This document shows positions 37,481 to 52,662 of a DNA stretch of 64,000 nucleotides, one piece after another (positions within the stretch are counted from its first letter, which is position 1; every line of letters begins with the position of its first letter). The notes beneath the pieces were generated by a model. The model had not been told where the DNA came from, did no database searches, and saw nothing but the letters and a program-made list of their open reading frames with translations. The DNA is from Lama glama. Lineage: Eukaryota. The stretch covers positions 72,728,001 through 72,792,000 of the forward strand of contig CM052817.1 of the NCBI GenBank assembly GCA_028534125.1, written 5' to 3'. The position numbers were made by a program, and so were the translations under genes.

Positions 37481-40400
37481 AACAGACAAAAGACCGATCA
37501 GTTTCTTTCCTTTAAGGGACTTTACCATTTGCCTGGGGAGACATCATTAGCATGCATGAAGCAACGTCAGTGTAATTACTTTTCTTCACTGGAATATAAG
37601 CTCCATGAGAGCAGGGACTAGCTTTTAAAACAGGACTTGGCATATTTTAGAAGTTCAATAATACTTGTTGAATAAATGAGCAATTCATTGTATATCACAT
37701 CTCAGCAACTAGCCCATTGTCTGACAAACGGCTGGTGCTCAATAAAGCTTGTTTAACTGGATTGAACTATATAATTCTATCTTTATTCCTAAGGAGATCT
37801 CATCTGAAAGTCATTAATTCTGAGATTCTAGACAAGTTCATTAAAAATTCAAAGAAAAGACACATATTGAATTATAGAAGGTAAAAATTTTAGAGCGGCC
37901 TTGAAAGAAAGGGAAAATCTAAATGAAAAGAAAGAAGGAAGTACAGGGGAAAAAATGTCGCCAAGGCACAGTGGCAAAAACTGAATTTGAGATATCTGTA
38001 CACTAGTTAAAATTCTGGATGTAAATAAAGGAGATAAATTAAGGAAACATGAAAAATACCATTGCTTAGATTGTGGTGCTAGTAACCAATAAGTATGTCA
38101 CACACCTTCATGACTGGCTTGGGCAATAAGAGAGGAATGTGACCATGCCAGGTTTGTGACCTGAATGACTATAAAAATGATGACAATAGGAGCTCAAGTG
38201 GAGAGGAAGATGTCTTTGGTTTTAAACATGAATGCCCCAATATCTCTGTTAGGGATCATTTGAACGAAATTCACTCAAACCAGCTCAAGTGAAAATGGGA
38301 CTAATTAGGGATGAAATACAAAATTTTGTAGACATCAGAGAAAATTTTTAAATGTACAACTTGGCCAGCATTACACTTGTAAATCAGGAAACAGAGCTGA
38401 TAGCCTTTTCTGTCATTATACTGCATTATCTGTCAAGATTCTGTGCCTCTGATCCATTTTCCAGTTAGTCTCTATAGCCTAGCTTCTTATGCTTTTTCAA
38501 GATATTTTTGCTCCTTCAAGACTTTCAGCTCAGGCATGACTTTGGCTTGTCATGATGCCAACTCTGCATGAACATCCAATTTTTGTGCTTTCTTTCTTAA
38601 AAATGTCTCACATGCTTCCACAAGAAACATACTACCACTGCTCTACTTTTTTAAATAAAATCACATAAAGTCAATAATTAATTGTATAAGCAAATTAATT
38701 TTATGTTTACTACCAACTTCAAGTATACATATTGATTAATTCACTTTCAGTTTGATATTCATTTATTGTCTCAAAAAGCCTACTTTCTACCTCTCATGTT
38801 ACCTAATATAAAAATCAGGAGATATCACTCACTACCTCAGTGACCACAATGGCCAAAAATTATTAGAGGAATGAATAATTAGTAAAATGTACCCAAAAGA
38901 GATTAACAGGAGATAGAAGAAAAGTGACAAAACCAGTTAATTCACAAACTAAAAATCATACATGAGTAACTCAGAATTTGATTAAGAATAGCCCAGTAGC
39001 ACTGAAGATTCAATAATTTCATCTCTATTATCTTAGGTGGCTTTGTTTTATATTATTTCAATAAATGGAGCTAACTATTTTCCAATGTGATAATTAAGAT
39101 TCGCCAATGGGGTCTGAAAAAGCCCGGAAAGAAGTGGCAAATAGCATAATGAATATTTCTGAACTTTCAGCCAATAGAAACTGATAATTGTCCCATGATG
39201 TATGACTGATCTTAGCTGATGTCTACATCTGATTTTTGAAGCAATCCAAGGTTGACCTTAGTCATTTAAAAGAGCAAGAGAGATTTGAACATGTTTCGGA
39301 TTTCAAGTGAGTAATGAGTTTATCATTTAACAGGCACTGTAATAAAAAATCTGTTGACGGGAAAAAGAAGGAAATGGATATGAAAATAGAGATTTGTCTC
39401 TGGAGAATCACTTTCTCATAGTATTTCCCTTCTCCATCAGCTTTAATAATCCGGAGTTAATTACATTATCTTTAAATTCTTCTTGAATTATTCTAGTAGC
39501 TACTCTACCAAATATAAAGCAACAGTCTTAACCTGAATGCCACCAAGATATGAGTGGGCAACTGAAAGACTATAAGAAATGATAGATATGAAGTACTCAT
39601 TCAAATGAAAGTGGATTTTCTGACAAATACTATGATTTCTGTCCCTCTTTACAGGGCTATAAGATAGGTCTTACAAACTGATCTGTAATTTCTAAAAGGT
39701 AAAAATGACAACCGCTCATTTGTACTTTACAGAGAATCACATGGATTAGAACTAAGGTATTATCTCTATCAGTTGAACAGCTAAGAAAATATCTTTGAAT
39801 GTTCTAAACCAAATAGGCGGATCTTGTTAATCTTTTCTTGATGAGATTTCATGGCTCCAGGAAAGAGGCAAGGCCTCCACCCACACAAAAATTCTCTCAC
39901 TTGTGAGCCAATTATCTGAAATTTCATTACCAGAATTTTATCCCTTTGGTTGACAACTTTGATCCTTATAAAAATACTTACTCGTCTGTTGGGTGTAATA
40001 ATTCTCCCTGTTCCCAGAGACAATTCCTAACTACTTAATTTTACCAGGCCTAGCTTTCCTGGTGAGATAAATCTTTTGCATTTGATGTGCTCAGGTCCAG
40101 CAAGTATTTCAAGATAAATGGGCAGAGATAGCACCAAACTATAGGCCAGAAAAATAAACTATGTCAAATGTTAGTATCAAAGAGTCTCTTGCAATTTATT
40201 TGTGAATACTTCATAAGGATCTCTTGAGAAAACAATTATAATTTTACTAAGCTACAGACTGCAAAAGTATGTTTTTGTAATTCATGGTACACAAGACCAT
40301 TAGATACAAATTTTAAACTAAAAAAAACTCTTTTAAAATATAATTGTATTAAAATTTTATAGAAAGGCGGTAGTTCCTACCAATCCCTTAAAGTAATCTT

Positions 40401-42944
40401 TTTTGGTTTTTCAAATATATGTTTAATAAGCCATATGGGAAAGATTGCAGAAGGCTACATTGATATTTCCCAAATATGAAGAAAATAAAGGATAACTAAA
40501 ATCAATAAGCCCATTATCACCTATAGCCTGAAATATACATATATATATATATATATCTCCTCATGTCAGACCTGCTCTGTTACCTTATGTAGTATTCCAC
40601 AAACATAAAAATTCCCTGTGCCTAGATGTCCGTAAGTCTTTTCTGATTGGTTCATTTATCCTCCTATTTACCTCTTCACAATTTCTAATAGCGCATCTTT
40701 AAAGTGTTAAAGATTTTTTGAAGATAAAATTTTATTTGGTTTAATTTAAATCTTTCAGAGTGTAGACAACTCTGTTCATTGTTTCTTCTATTCAATTAAG
40801 GAATGCAGATATACATTCCTCTATATAAAAAGATAAGTATAGAAATATGGACCATGATATAAGATCTTTTATGTAAGACAGTCATCATGTGTGAAAGCAG
40901 AAGCTAGCTCTCCATTCCACTCCAATATTTAGATATTCCTGACAGTTTTAAGGTAGGTTCAATGCAAAATTCTTAATTCTATTATCTGAAACAATTTGAA
41001 TTAAGGATTCTTGAGTGAAGTAGCTCCATAAGGCAAGCGTGTACTGGTTTGACGGACTCACTCAGTTTTGAGTAAACCAAGTTATAGGATTTATATTACA
41101 ATCTATTTCATGTCTTCAATTACAAAAATGTAGCTATGAAAAATCGTATTAAATCGTTTCACCTACTAGTTGTAGAACCTGAAAAAGTCTTGTAGTATCT
41201 CTAACCCTCATTTTTCTCATCTATTAATTTAAGAAGGTAAATCACAGCATTTTTCTGTGGATTAAGTTAAATGAGATATTAAAGTATCTGGTGCATAATA
41301 TATTTTCAGTAATTGTTTGCCTTTATTATTATAACTGGGAAAAGTATTTCAGGGGAAGAAGAAAAGCAGCATGATAATACCTTTTAAATCCAAGCATTGA
41401 AATTACATGAATTTCTGGGCCATCTTCTCTTTCTTTCCTTACCACTACATAGAAGTCCATGTGAATCCATTGGATTCTTGGCATCATAATTATCAATTTG
41501 ATTCTTCAGGAATCAAACCAGGAGCATCAAGATTATGCACAAGAGCCATGCTGATTACATTAATTCATTTCAACTTGGGGTATGCAACTACTGAATGAAT
41601 GAATGGAGTCAAGCTATTAACCCTTAAAGAGGGGTGATTACTTGCTTTTGACCTCAGATTGCTAGGAAGAAGCTTTGATCCTATTCCAAGACTAGTCCCC
41701 AGTTTGTGTCTCGTTAATATGAAGCAATAAATAACGTTTCCTTTTTCCCAGTTCCCTTCTCCCTCCATTCTAACTTTACTTTTGTTATAATGCTGCATGC
41801 GTCCTACCCCTCTAATCCTGCTAATCATTCACTCCCTCTTCCTCCTGTACCCTGCAACAAATGATCCTCAAGCACTTATTACACAACTTGGTCCTCTTTC
41901 TATATTTCAGTAAATTGAAGACCTTGTTTTGAAGGGTCTTTCACTTAAAATTTCTTCCATTGAATCTTCCCAGTGACAAGTCCTATAGCCCAAGGCTAAG
42001 ACTTGGATGGTATCCAGAACAGTGAGACTGACCACTAGATTTCTGGTATTTATGGAGAACCAAATGAAAATAATATAGGTCAGGATAAACATTAATAATC
42101 TAGAAACAAACAAAACTATCTGGAAGCATAATGCAAGCAGTCTTAATAATAAAACTCAGAGAAACTGAAAATGAAAACAAGTTTATCCCCTGTAATTTGA
42201 TGCTAGTTTTAGGCTTCAAGTGAAAACATTTTCCTATTGTATAGCTTGGTCAAATTTTGAAGAAATAAAAAGAAATGTTAAGTACTATGTACCTGCAAGA
42301 GCCAATTACCCTCAATGAATTTTTTCTGAAAGCCAGAGTTTTAACCTAATTAACCCATCTTTCATGAACATGCTGCAGAAATGGGGCCTGGCCAACCACC
42401 CCTGCATATGCTCAATTGCCTGGACATGCTTGCTTTTGTGGTTGAAACTCAAATGCTTCCTCCCACACAATGGAACAGAAAATACTTTCATTTCCTTGAA
42501 AAGGTTAAGTATTGGCAAAATTTCATATTTACTTTATATATGCTTTCTTTTTTATAAGACATTATCTACTTAATAGATTCCTTTTCTATCCTAGCATAAT
42601 CAGAAGTGTATGCTTATTTAATCAGTTTCTCTAAACTCTGTAGCGTATTGATTACATATCATTCAAAGCTATTCATCTGTACAAGTTTTCTGGTTTTTAC
42701 TTAAATTCTATAAATATTTTATGAAAATTAACAAAATAAACTAAATTTATAATAAACTAGATTGTATTTTGTGACTGTAGACTTAGTCTAATGTACTTTG
42801 GGAAATAGCCCAATTTGATGAGAGTTTTTATAAGTTTATGTTTCATGCTACATATAAAAAGGCATTTTAATATCTATTTATTTTAAGCCTCAATATAAAA
42901 AGGATAGAAGTAAATTCATAAATTTTTGAGCAATATAGTGGCAT

Positions 42945-43190
42945 AATAATACACAGAGATGTACATACACACACTATATTATATGTCAGATAGTGTTTTA
43001 AGCATTCCACATGCATTACCTCATTTATTTCTCATAACAATCTCAGGAAGTCAATCTACTGTTATACTCATTTGCTACAGATGGGAAACTGAGGCTGAGA
43101 GGAGGTAATGAACTTGCTCAAAGCTCCACAATTGAGGAGCAGTTGAGACTGGGATTTGAACCCCGGTGATCTGACTCTAGATCCATGGTC
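42945..43190 (-). mobile_element. MIR SINE
   Basis: acagatgggaaactgaggctgagaggaggtaatgaacttgctcaaag...ggatttgaacccc. Confidence 0.85.
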
Positions 43191-44304
43191 TTGCTAGTAA
43201 GGATAGAGAAAGAAAAGGAGGCCAGAGTTAAAATTAGCCCAAGAAACGTGCATTGAAAATTTTGTCTAATACAAAAAGTGAATCATAAATTTGGTTCTGA
43301 TTTTCTGGGAACCAAAGAAAGAAAGCAATGCAATCAGAAACAAAATTCACAGTGCCTGTAAAATAGAAGCTGTACCAACAACTCAGAAGAAACATGGCTT
43401 CTCCTCTGGTGGACACTATGAGAAAGAGCAAAGAGTCACCTAAAAATAACAGACAAACAAGTGAACAACAACAACAACAACAATGTCGTACCTTCTCATA
43501 TTGCCCTTAAAAGCAAACTCAGGGAATAACCTAGAACCTAGCTCAGAAAAAGCACATTTTTAATGCTCCAAACAATAGTATCAAATATGTATGCCCAATG
43601 GTATGGCTTGATCCTAGAGTAAAATTTAAAATATCTCAAGGAATGTATAAGCTACATCTTCTGTGAGCAATCTTTCCAATATAAAAATGTAATATCTCAG
43701 CAGTTACTAAACATTTAATGAGAGTTAGGAAACCAATTATTATTACAATCATTGGTAAAAAGCTGAAATGTACCTATTTCACCTTGTTTATTTAGAATTT
43801 ATTTATATATTTAATTCTTCAGCAAAGTAGAAGATAGAAAGGACACAGATCACTCTAAGTTTCAGTCTCCTCAACTGTAAAATAGGAATAATAATAGTAC
43901 TGCCTCATTGCGTTGCTTTGAAGATTAAGAGAAATAATGCATAAAAACAGTGTCTGGCTTGTGCTAAAGACTGATTAAAGTACTGACTGGTATTAACAGT
44001 AGTGCCATTCCTAAATCTATATTTAGAAACTCTAATGTGGCCCTTCAAAGCTTTATAAAGCATATAAAGCAAATTGAAACAGAATATTAGGGCTTAAAGA
44101 ATTAAAGGTGACATCTTCATATTGTCCTAGGGATCAATTACTAGTCTAGTCAGAATCCAACTCCAAAATTTTACATGTAGATTTTGTAATTTCTGTCACT
44201 TTTTCAAAATGTCTTAAATTAGGTCTAAATTTTGTGGGGGAAAATGATTATTTGTTTAATTTAGTTGTCTTGACAAAATTAAACCCTTGAATCTATTAAT
44301 AAAG

Positions 44305-44440
44305 CAAGGATATATTTCTGTTCAAACTAGGACACTGTTGAGAGTGAAAGGGAGTGCTGAAACAATTAACAGGCATTAATTAATCTACAACGAGTGTAAA
44401 CCAGGACATTCCAGCAAGTCTAGGATATAGGGTCACCTTA
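44305..44440 (+). mobile_element. MER94-like hAT-Blackjack MITE
   Basis: ttcaaactaggacactgttgagagtgaaagggagtgct...ggatatagggtcacctta. Confidence 0.75.
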
Positions 44441-45107
44441 CCTATGCTTTCTTCTATATTTAAATAATACAGAGGAGAATCAATGGCTATGTATTATATT
44501 TAAAAGATATCTGCAAAGTCCAAATGGGCTGGTATTTTTTGCAAAATCATAATTGCATTTTATTTCAATGCATTAGTTTCTAAAACAAATCAAGTATTAC
44601 CAGCTGTAGTCAGATTCAAAGGTATACTAACACTTTATGCAAAAGTTGGGCCCTTACAATAAATTCCAATGGATTATGATGCCCATCAGTTTGATATCAT
44701 AACTGGCCAATTAATATTATTCAGATCTATTTGGATACACTTTTTCTTTATATTTGTAGGATTTATGGACAAATAAATGCCCAATAAATCCCTTCAGTGA
44801 CTTTGTAAACGTATATAATAGAATCAAATATGTTCCATTCCTTCTTTTCCTTCTTTTTTTTTTTTTTCATTTTGGAAGACATGCTAGTGCAGAGGGAAAA
44901 AAATGTTTCCAGATTAAGTCAAATACTACTTTTCTTCCATGAAGTATTTTTGGTCTTGCCACTCCCCTAGTTTATTCTTTCTACAGTCTTCAAATTCTCA
45001 TTACCACATAAATAAATGAACAGGGAGAAAATTAACAAATATTTATCTGACTTTTCAGATTAGTAATCTTTTAAAAAATCATCAGAAAATAAAAATAAAT
45101 GGGGATT

Positions 45108-45190
45108 GGAGCATGTGCTTAGCATGAGCGAGGTCCTAGGGTCAATCCCCAGTACCTCTGTACAAAATTAAAATTTTAAAAAATAAATAA
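45108..45190 (+). mobile_element. 5'-truncated Vic-1-like SINE
   Basis: gagcatgtgcttagcatgagcgaggtcctagggtcaatccccagtacctc followed by an A-rich tail. Aligns by eye to 19140-19200. Confidence 0.8.
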
Positions 45191-46129
45191 AGGATTAGAA
45201 AAGAGAACAGTGGGAAAACTAAAAAAAAAAAAAAAAAAAAGAAGAAGAAGAAGAAAGAAAAAACTAGAGCATACTGAAACGTTTCCTGTGCAGAGTTTGA
45301 AAAGTTAAATATTTAGAAGAGTTTCTTTGTGCAGAGTATCAATAATAAGAATGGATTAAATAATATCTCAATTGAATGAGATTTTACTAGGTGAAAATAA
45401 AAATTAATTGAAAGTGGATTTCTGGATAAAACTGATATCTGAAGGAGAAAAAAAGGAGCAAGAAAAGAGTTAACATGGAATTATCCTTATAAACTATGGA
45501 TGCCTTTCCCCACTTCACTTCTAATCTTTGAACCAAGTAGCATAATTCCATGCTCATACCTTGTAATGCGGCTGGTCTCTGAAAACCCAAGCTCTATGAG
45601 TGCAGGGGCAGTTTATTGAGCACTGTTTCCTCAGAACATTATACAGAACCTGACATTTAATAAGTACTCAATAAATACTTATTGATTAATGAATATAAAG
45701 TCAATTAGAGCTCTTCTAGAAAGATAGACTGAAATCCATAGAACTTCTAAATTGATATTATTTTATCAAATATCTATATATGTAAAATATAAAGTAGAAT
45801 GCTAAATTCTAATATTTGTATAGATAGCCTTATATAAGTAGCTTTCAGCATGTACAAAATAATATTTGGATATTTACTGGAATTTTTTCATTATTTCCAT
45901 TAAAATTTCAGAGATAGATAAGTACCAATCAAAAAAAAAAAAATTCTGTGACTCACTTCAAAATGATGCCTGTGTTTTTAGAATGCTTATTACATATAGT
46001 TAGTTGTTAACTTCTATAAGAAGGTAGTGAACAAATAAACTAACTCTCTCTGAAGTACTTGTCAGTTTATCTTTATTTCATTGGAGCAGTTAAGAATTAG
46101 TGATTAGCGTACAGAGTTGTTCCATACCT

Positions 46130-47035
46130 TACATCATCACAGAAATGCAAATGAAGACAAGATGCCACTACACACCTATTAGAATGGTTGAGATCTGAAA
46201 TATTGACAACACCAAATGCTGGTGAAAGCATGGAGCAACACCAGCTCTCATTCATTGCGGGTGGAAATATAAATCAGTATAGCCACTTTGGAAGACAGCT
46301 TGGTAGTTTCTTCTAAAACTAAATATACTCTTACCATATGATCCATTAATCACATTATTTGGTGTTTACTCAAAGGAGTTGAAAACTTATGTATACACAA
46401 AAGCCTGCACATGGTTATTTATAGCAGCTTTATTATAATTGCCAAAACTTGGAAGCAACCAAGACAACCTTTAGTAGGTGAGTGGATAAAAAAACTCTGG
46501 GACATTAAGACAATAGAATGTTATACAGCACTGAAAAAAAAAGCTATCAAGCCATGAAAAGAAATGGAGGAACCTTAAATACATACTATTAAGTGAAAGA
46601 AACCAATATGAAAAGACTATGTACTGTATGATTACAACTATATAACATCCTGGTAAAGGCAAAATTATATTGACAGTAAAAAGATTAAGTGGTTGCCAGG
46701 GGTTAGGTGGGAGGGAGGGATGAATAAGGAGAGCACACAGGATTTCCAGAGTAATGAAAATATTCTGTATAACACTATAATGGTAGATACATGTTGTTAT
46801 GCATTTGTCCAACAACACCAAGAGTGAACCCTAATGTAAAATGTGGACTTTGGGTGATGGTGATGTATCAATGCAGGTTTATCAGTTGTCACAAATGTAT
46901 CATTCTGGTGGGACATGTTGATGATGAGGGAAGATATGCATGCGTGGGAACAGGAGGTATACGGGAAATTACTGTATCTTCTTCTCTATTTTTCTGTAAA
47001 CCTGAAACTGCTCTAAAAAATAAAACAACAAACGA
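46130..47035 (+). mobile_element. L1MC-like 3' end
   Basis: agaaatgcaaat...cactacacacctattagaatgg, ccactttggaagacag, and 3'UTR aacaccaagagtgaaccctaatgtaaa...ctgctctaaaaaataaa. Confidence 0.9.
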
Positions 47036-50000
47036 AAAAGAAGTTGCCCTGACTCTAACATTATATCATATTTAGTAGAATTGCCTATCTAAAAGAGCAA
47101 GACAAAGTCTCTGTCAAAGAGTTACCATCAGCATTTTGTTGTTTAAAAAAAAGTTTCATTAGCATTTTGTAGTTAAAAAAAAAAAGTTTGTAGCAAAATT
47201 GTATAAAGGTGCAATAATTCAGAAGTTCTGGGCTGTGGTCCTCCTGCAGCCTCAGCTGCCCACTGAGCACGTACTACAGATCCATGCCAGCAAGCCTGGT
47301 ACAGAGCAGATGAAAATATCTTTGAAGGAGGTTATCAGTCCTCAAAGTGGGACTTCTAAACTATAAACAAATATTTATTCATATAAATGACCCATTAATA
47401 AGAAAGATAACCTAATTGCACACTGCCTCCTCCATCCCTCCATCTATACCAGGAACCAAGCTGCCCTTGGCTCATCTATCTTCTCTTCCCTACTACTCCC
47501 TTTCTACTTGTCCAAGATTAGGCATATACACTATGTTCCCTATTTATTTTCTTTCACCATTGACCATTCATATATATATATGAATTTGTATAATTTACAT
47601 GATCTCATATAAAAATAATTGTTGATGGTAGTCTTACATTGACAAGTTAATAATACAACAAGCTACTTACCTTTTTAAAACAAACATTTTTATTTGATCA
47701 GATTCTAAATGGAATATAAAATAAATGTAAAAATATAATACTGAGGAAGATAATATGCATTTTAAGTTGTTTATAGCTAAATTACCTATATATTCCTTAA
47801 AAACATGTATTATATATACATATATATTCTTTAGAAAAAATATATATATATGTATAAACACATATATACATACTTCAACATTCATTTTACTTCTCCCTTC
47901 TCTTATTTGTTTACCCTAGAAAATCAATTTGCCATTTTATTTTAGATTCTCTTGCATCTGTAAGTTGTGGAGAGGACTCTAATTCTTGTTGAAAAGTGTT
48001 GGTGAGCTAATGATATATTGCCATAAGGAAAAAACATCTTAACTATGGAATTTAGATTTTTTTTAAATACCAATATCTAAAGTTCTCAAAATTGCCTCAA
48101 GTTACCATCAACATCACCATGCTCCTCTTATCAAGCTGCCACTCCTCACACCCTGCATTCTAAATAAAAAACCCAGTTATATGATTTCATTGTTTTTCTG
48201 TTTTGTTTAATTAGTTGTGCTGTTTTTCTTGAACTGACCACAATCCACTGTGATTTAGCTGTGACTGGGATTACTCTAAAAACCCAACCCTGTTTTCATG
48301 TAAAAGTGTGAATAGCTCATTTTAGCATCAAGAGTGCTCACTTAAATTCTAATTATAGCCCACTATTTGCTGCATATCCTTTTTTTCTGCATTACAATGC
48401 CTAAGTCAATCTTTTTCATTTTGTATCCTGTAACTCATGTTTGGCTAATGATGCATCCTTGTGTGTTATCCTAAATCATACCAAAATAAAACAAAATTTT
48501 GCTTTTAATATTTGTTTAAAAAGAGAAAATATAGTGTTCAAAGACATCATAGCTATCTGGGTATATATATGTAAATAAATTTTTCATTCAAAAAATTTCA
48601 ATTGAATATTATTTTACTCAGTCTAATTTTTCACCATTGGAAATACCCAGAGAGACTCTTAATCTTCTGGGTTGGTGAGAGGTCTGTGAATAGTTCTTAT
48701 TCATCAGTTTCAAACAGGATAATTGACCACAGAACTCAAGACAAAAAAGATTTGGAAGAGGATGTGGCAAGGTGGTAAAGGAAGTAACTTAATATGTTCA
48801 TAGGGCTCTTGAATAGCAGATTTTGAAAGAGAGGGGAAAAATCACCTTTGTAGTTTCGTTGGATAATCTCTTAAATATGCAAATAAGTGACTAAGTTAGA
48901 AAAAATCAATTTAGCAATGGATGGGGCATTTTTTCTGTGGCATTTTAGGATCATGTTAAAACTGGTGATAATTAAACCCTAATCTCAAGGGTATCTCAAG
49001 GGTACAAAGGTGGGAGTAAATGAAGAAGAGACCAAATGACTGAGAAGACTCCTGAGCTGAGATTTTAATCACTGGCACCATGGAAGATCCTCTTTTGCTC
49101 ATCATGCCATAGAGGGATTAAATGATTTCTCTGCTTTCTGAATTTCATGGTTCCAAGTGGATTTTAATGGATTTCAGATGAATTCATCACAGTGCTGAGA
49201 AAACAGTCCACAATACTGAAAACATGAAACCAAATGGACAGTTTCACAGTATATGTCCATTTGTTCACAAACTACTATGACAATCCCACCCATTATATCT
49301 CCCCAAATCTCATATAAAAATAATTATTCATGGCAATTTATGTTGACAAATTAATAATACAATCTATTATCTTTTTAAATAGATATTACTTTTTTAAAAT
49401 GAATCTGGTTTTTAACCAGATTCAAAGAATATCAAAGAAATGTAAAGATAACTTACTGTAGAAGGAAACGGCTATGCGTTTTAAGTTGTCAAAAGCCAAA
49501 TTAGCAATAAAAAGACTTTCAAACTGACATTTGTGGAAGAGTTAAGTACAGGGTACTGTGGGAACCACTGAGGGGGTGCCTGGCCAAGAATGGCTAGGAA
49601 CGGGGAGAGACTGAAATTTCAGCAAGGTTTTCTAGGAGGACTCCTGCTGGAAGAAAGAGAGGAATTACTTCAGAGAAGTCCACATTTCCTGCAATTCTCC
49701 CTTCAAATTAAAGCAAATTGTCTCAATCTGGGCTTAAAATGTTAACAACAGGTTGATGCATTAGATAAATAACTAGTACAACCAAGGCCATTAATGTTTA
49801 CTACATTCACATCTTTCTCAAGAAAAGGTGAATTTCTAAAGATTCAGCTCAATACAAAGAAAACTATTAATTTGGTGAAGTTCCTATAGTAGCAAAGAAC
49901 CAGTAATTACTATAATCTTTTTAAATAGCTAGGTACAACTATTACTCAAACTGGGAAAATTCCATATTTAAAAATATGTATTGTACAATCTGCATCCATT

Positions 50001-52662
50001 TGCTTTTCATTTATTTAAAAAGTGGAAAACAAATTAGTTACTGCCATTCATGGCATATTTTTTACTTTTTTTTTTAATAAACTGTAATAAGACATTCATT
50101 GTTCTTTAACTTTTTAAATAGTCATTCCAATATTCTGACCAAATATTACTGTATGTATATGTATACATATATATGTGCATGTTTATATAGAGATACGTAG
50201 AGTTTAAAAACACCTAAACAGATATAGCTAAGTGATGGCTATCAACTACACCAAAATATGCTTCTTAAGCTTTGTATACATTTTTGTTTTTGTTTTGAGA
50301 CAGTAAGCTTTAGGATTTCAGTTCTGTAATTAAATGGAGTAGAGATGTTATTTTCCAGTATGTAGACAGTGTTCTTTAGAATTTAATTTTTTCTAATGAG
50401 TGAGCAGCTTGCTCATTCACAGAAAGATTGACAAGATCAATTCTTATCACACCATCTCTGAAGCTTGATTAAACATCTTAACTAAACCATCACATAACAA
50501 TTAAAGAATAGATATGACAGGATGTGTTTTACTCATGTTGGAGAGTGTCTCACCTGGGGTTTAGAATGACTTTGTAATTTAAAATTTTAGAATTAAAAAA
50601 TACTGCTTTTGTTCATCAGATATGATTATGAAGTTATCTCAAGCACTGCTCAGAGTGCAGCTTGACTGAAACAAAAGGAGACAGAGAAAATATTCGTAAC
50701 AACTTTTTTTTCATAAAGTTCACACTAAATCCTAAATAAACAAGATTTTTAAAAAAAATGAATGTTTTCATATCCATCCTAAGATCTTACATAAGTACAA
50801 AGCTCCATCTCAAAAGTGATCATAGGTTTATAAAGCATACATATATAAATGTAAAAAAAAAAAGAGAAACATAAAGCATCAAAAAGATTTGGCAACTGTA
50901 TATGAAGAAAAATTAGTAACAGTAAATTCCTTTCAATAAGTATGCGAGGGAGAGAAGGGAAATGGACACTCATTCATTTAAAAAATAAAACTAGATACAG
51001 ATCTCCACAGTAAATGTTTCTTTTGGACCACAAAACAGTTCTGAAACATTGCTAATATCTAACTGAAATACATGGTTTTTTCCTGTATGTAGTATCTCAT
51101 ATCTAAAAGGAAAATAAGTAGGAAAGATAAACATGATAGCTGTGGAAAAGGAGATATCAAGCGCAATTAATGGAAAATGTCCACCATGAAGATTGCATAA
51201 TGAACTATGACCACTATGACCAAATACGAGGCCATGGAAGAGTTTAGAAACACAAAAGAAGAACACCTGCTAGGGAGGTTCTTTTAAGACATAAATTAGG
51301 CTACCATTTCAAAACAACCAAAAAAAAAAAAAACATAGCTCTGTGTAATTTTTCATCAGTTCTTTGCATTTAAAAACACAGTGCCTAAGTTTACATTTCA
51401 AGCAGATTATGAAGCAAAGTCCTGGGGAAGAGGTAAGTTTTTAAAGTCTGTTAACAAGCCCCTATACCCAGATGCTGATGTCATACTCTATATGAAAACT
51501 TTGCAAAGAGCTCCATCTTCAGGCCATTCACAATATGCTGAGCTCAGTTGTAAAGGTATCTACTTCCCACTTTGTCTTAACAGTTCTTCCATTTCTGTCT
51601 TTTTCAGATTTGTTCTGCGTTAGCATGGAAATGTCAGACTGAGTAAATTCATTGAATAAAACACAAAATTTTCCAATTTTCTCTCACATGGAATATTTCT
51701 TCGTGGATCAGATTATTGCTCAAACACATCTGTGCATGAAGACCCACCAATGGGAGAGCATTAGCTCCACAGTTACTCCCCGAGGTTAATTCAAAAGAAG
51801 AAAGGCTAAAGGAAAAAGAACTCTTTAAACTTCATTTACTGATTTAAAAGCAACTATATTGTTCTATATTTTTACCTTCCAATTTCTCAAATTCCTTATT
51901 AGAGTTTAAGTTATTAAATACAACATTTACAAGCTTATGGTTGAAGCAAAACAGAGATGACTTAAGCAAGAGACTCCTTTTTCTCCTCTGGTAAATAATA
52001 GTCATTTCTTTTTCCATTTCTCCTTTCCCCTAAAGTCAGAGAGATTGAGTATAAAAAGAACCTGGAAGGAATTATATGGAGCAAATGAATCCAATATATC
52101 TTTAAATCCTGACTTTTTAATCTTTAAACCCCAGTGCAAGTCATTTGGCTTCTTATCTCAAGGAATGAGACACATCCCAGACAGACCTGCTTTCAGATCT
52201 CACATGTCTGAAAATTACCATATTATTCATTAAGCCAAGTAACTCCTGGAATCAGGCTACAAAAGGAAAGAAGACCCTCCAAAGCACTGCTCTTCATACC
52301 AAAGAGAGCAACATAAAGTGACTTAGACAACCAATCATAAATATGTATACAGTTAAGCATACAAATCCATCACAGGCCACAAATTTTGACCATTAAAATT
52401 TCAAAAGAAATTTTATGAACATATTATAATAGCTTCCATAAAGATATTTCCATATGAAGATAACATAAATAAAATACTCATTTGACAATAAGAATCATAT
52501 CAGGCATGAAATATTAAATATCTTCCTCATGCAGATAATTATGGAATGGCTGTATTACAGCCAATTACAATGCAGGGTAAATGTGTAAATCTCTTAAAAA
52601 ATGTGAAGACAACAGCTGTTCCAGGACTCAGCTCTTTAGGTCAAATCTGACACAAGGTCAAA

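Noticed and set aside
47130..47189. ~31-bp tandem duplication (similar short direct repeats at 5212-5251 and ~48983-49005)
   Set aside because: Ordinary slippage-type microduplications with no sign of function.
51585..51660. Strong + strand acceptor (ttccatttctgtctttttcag) with nearby AATAAA
   Set aside because: No good donor or upstream partner exon. Isolated motifs are common in AT-rich DNA.
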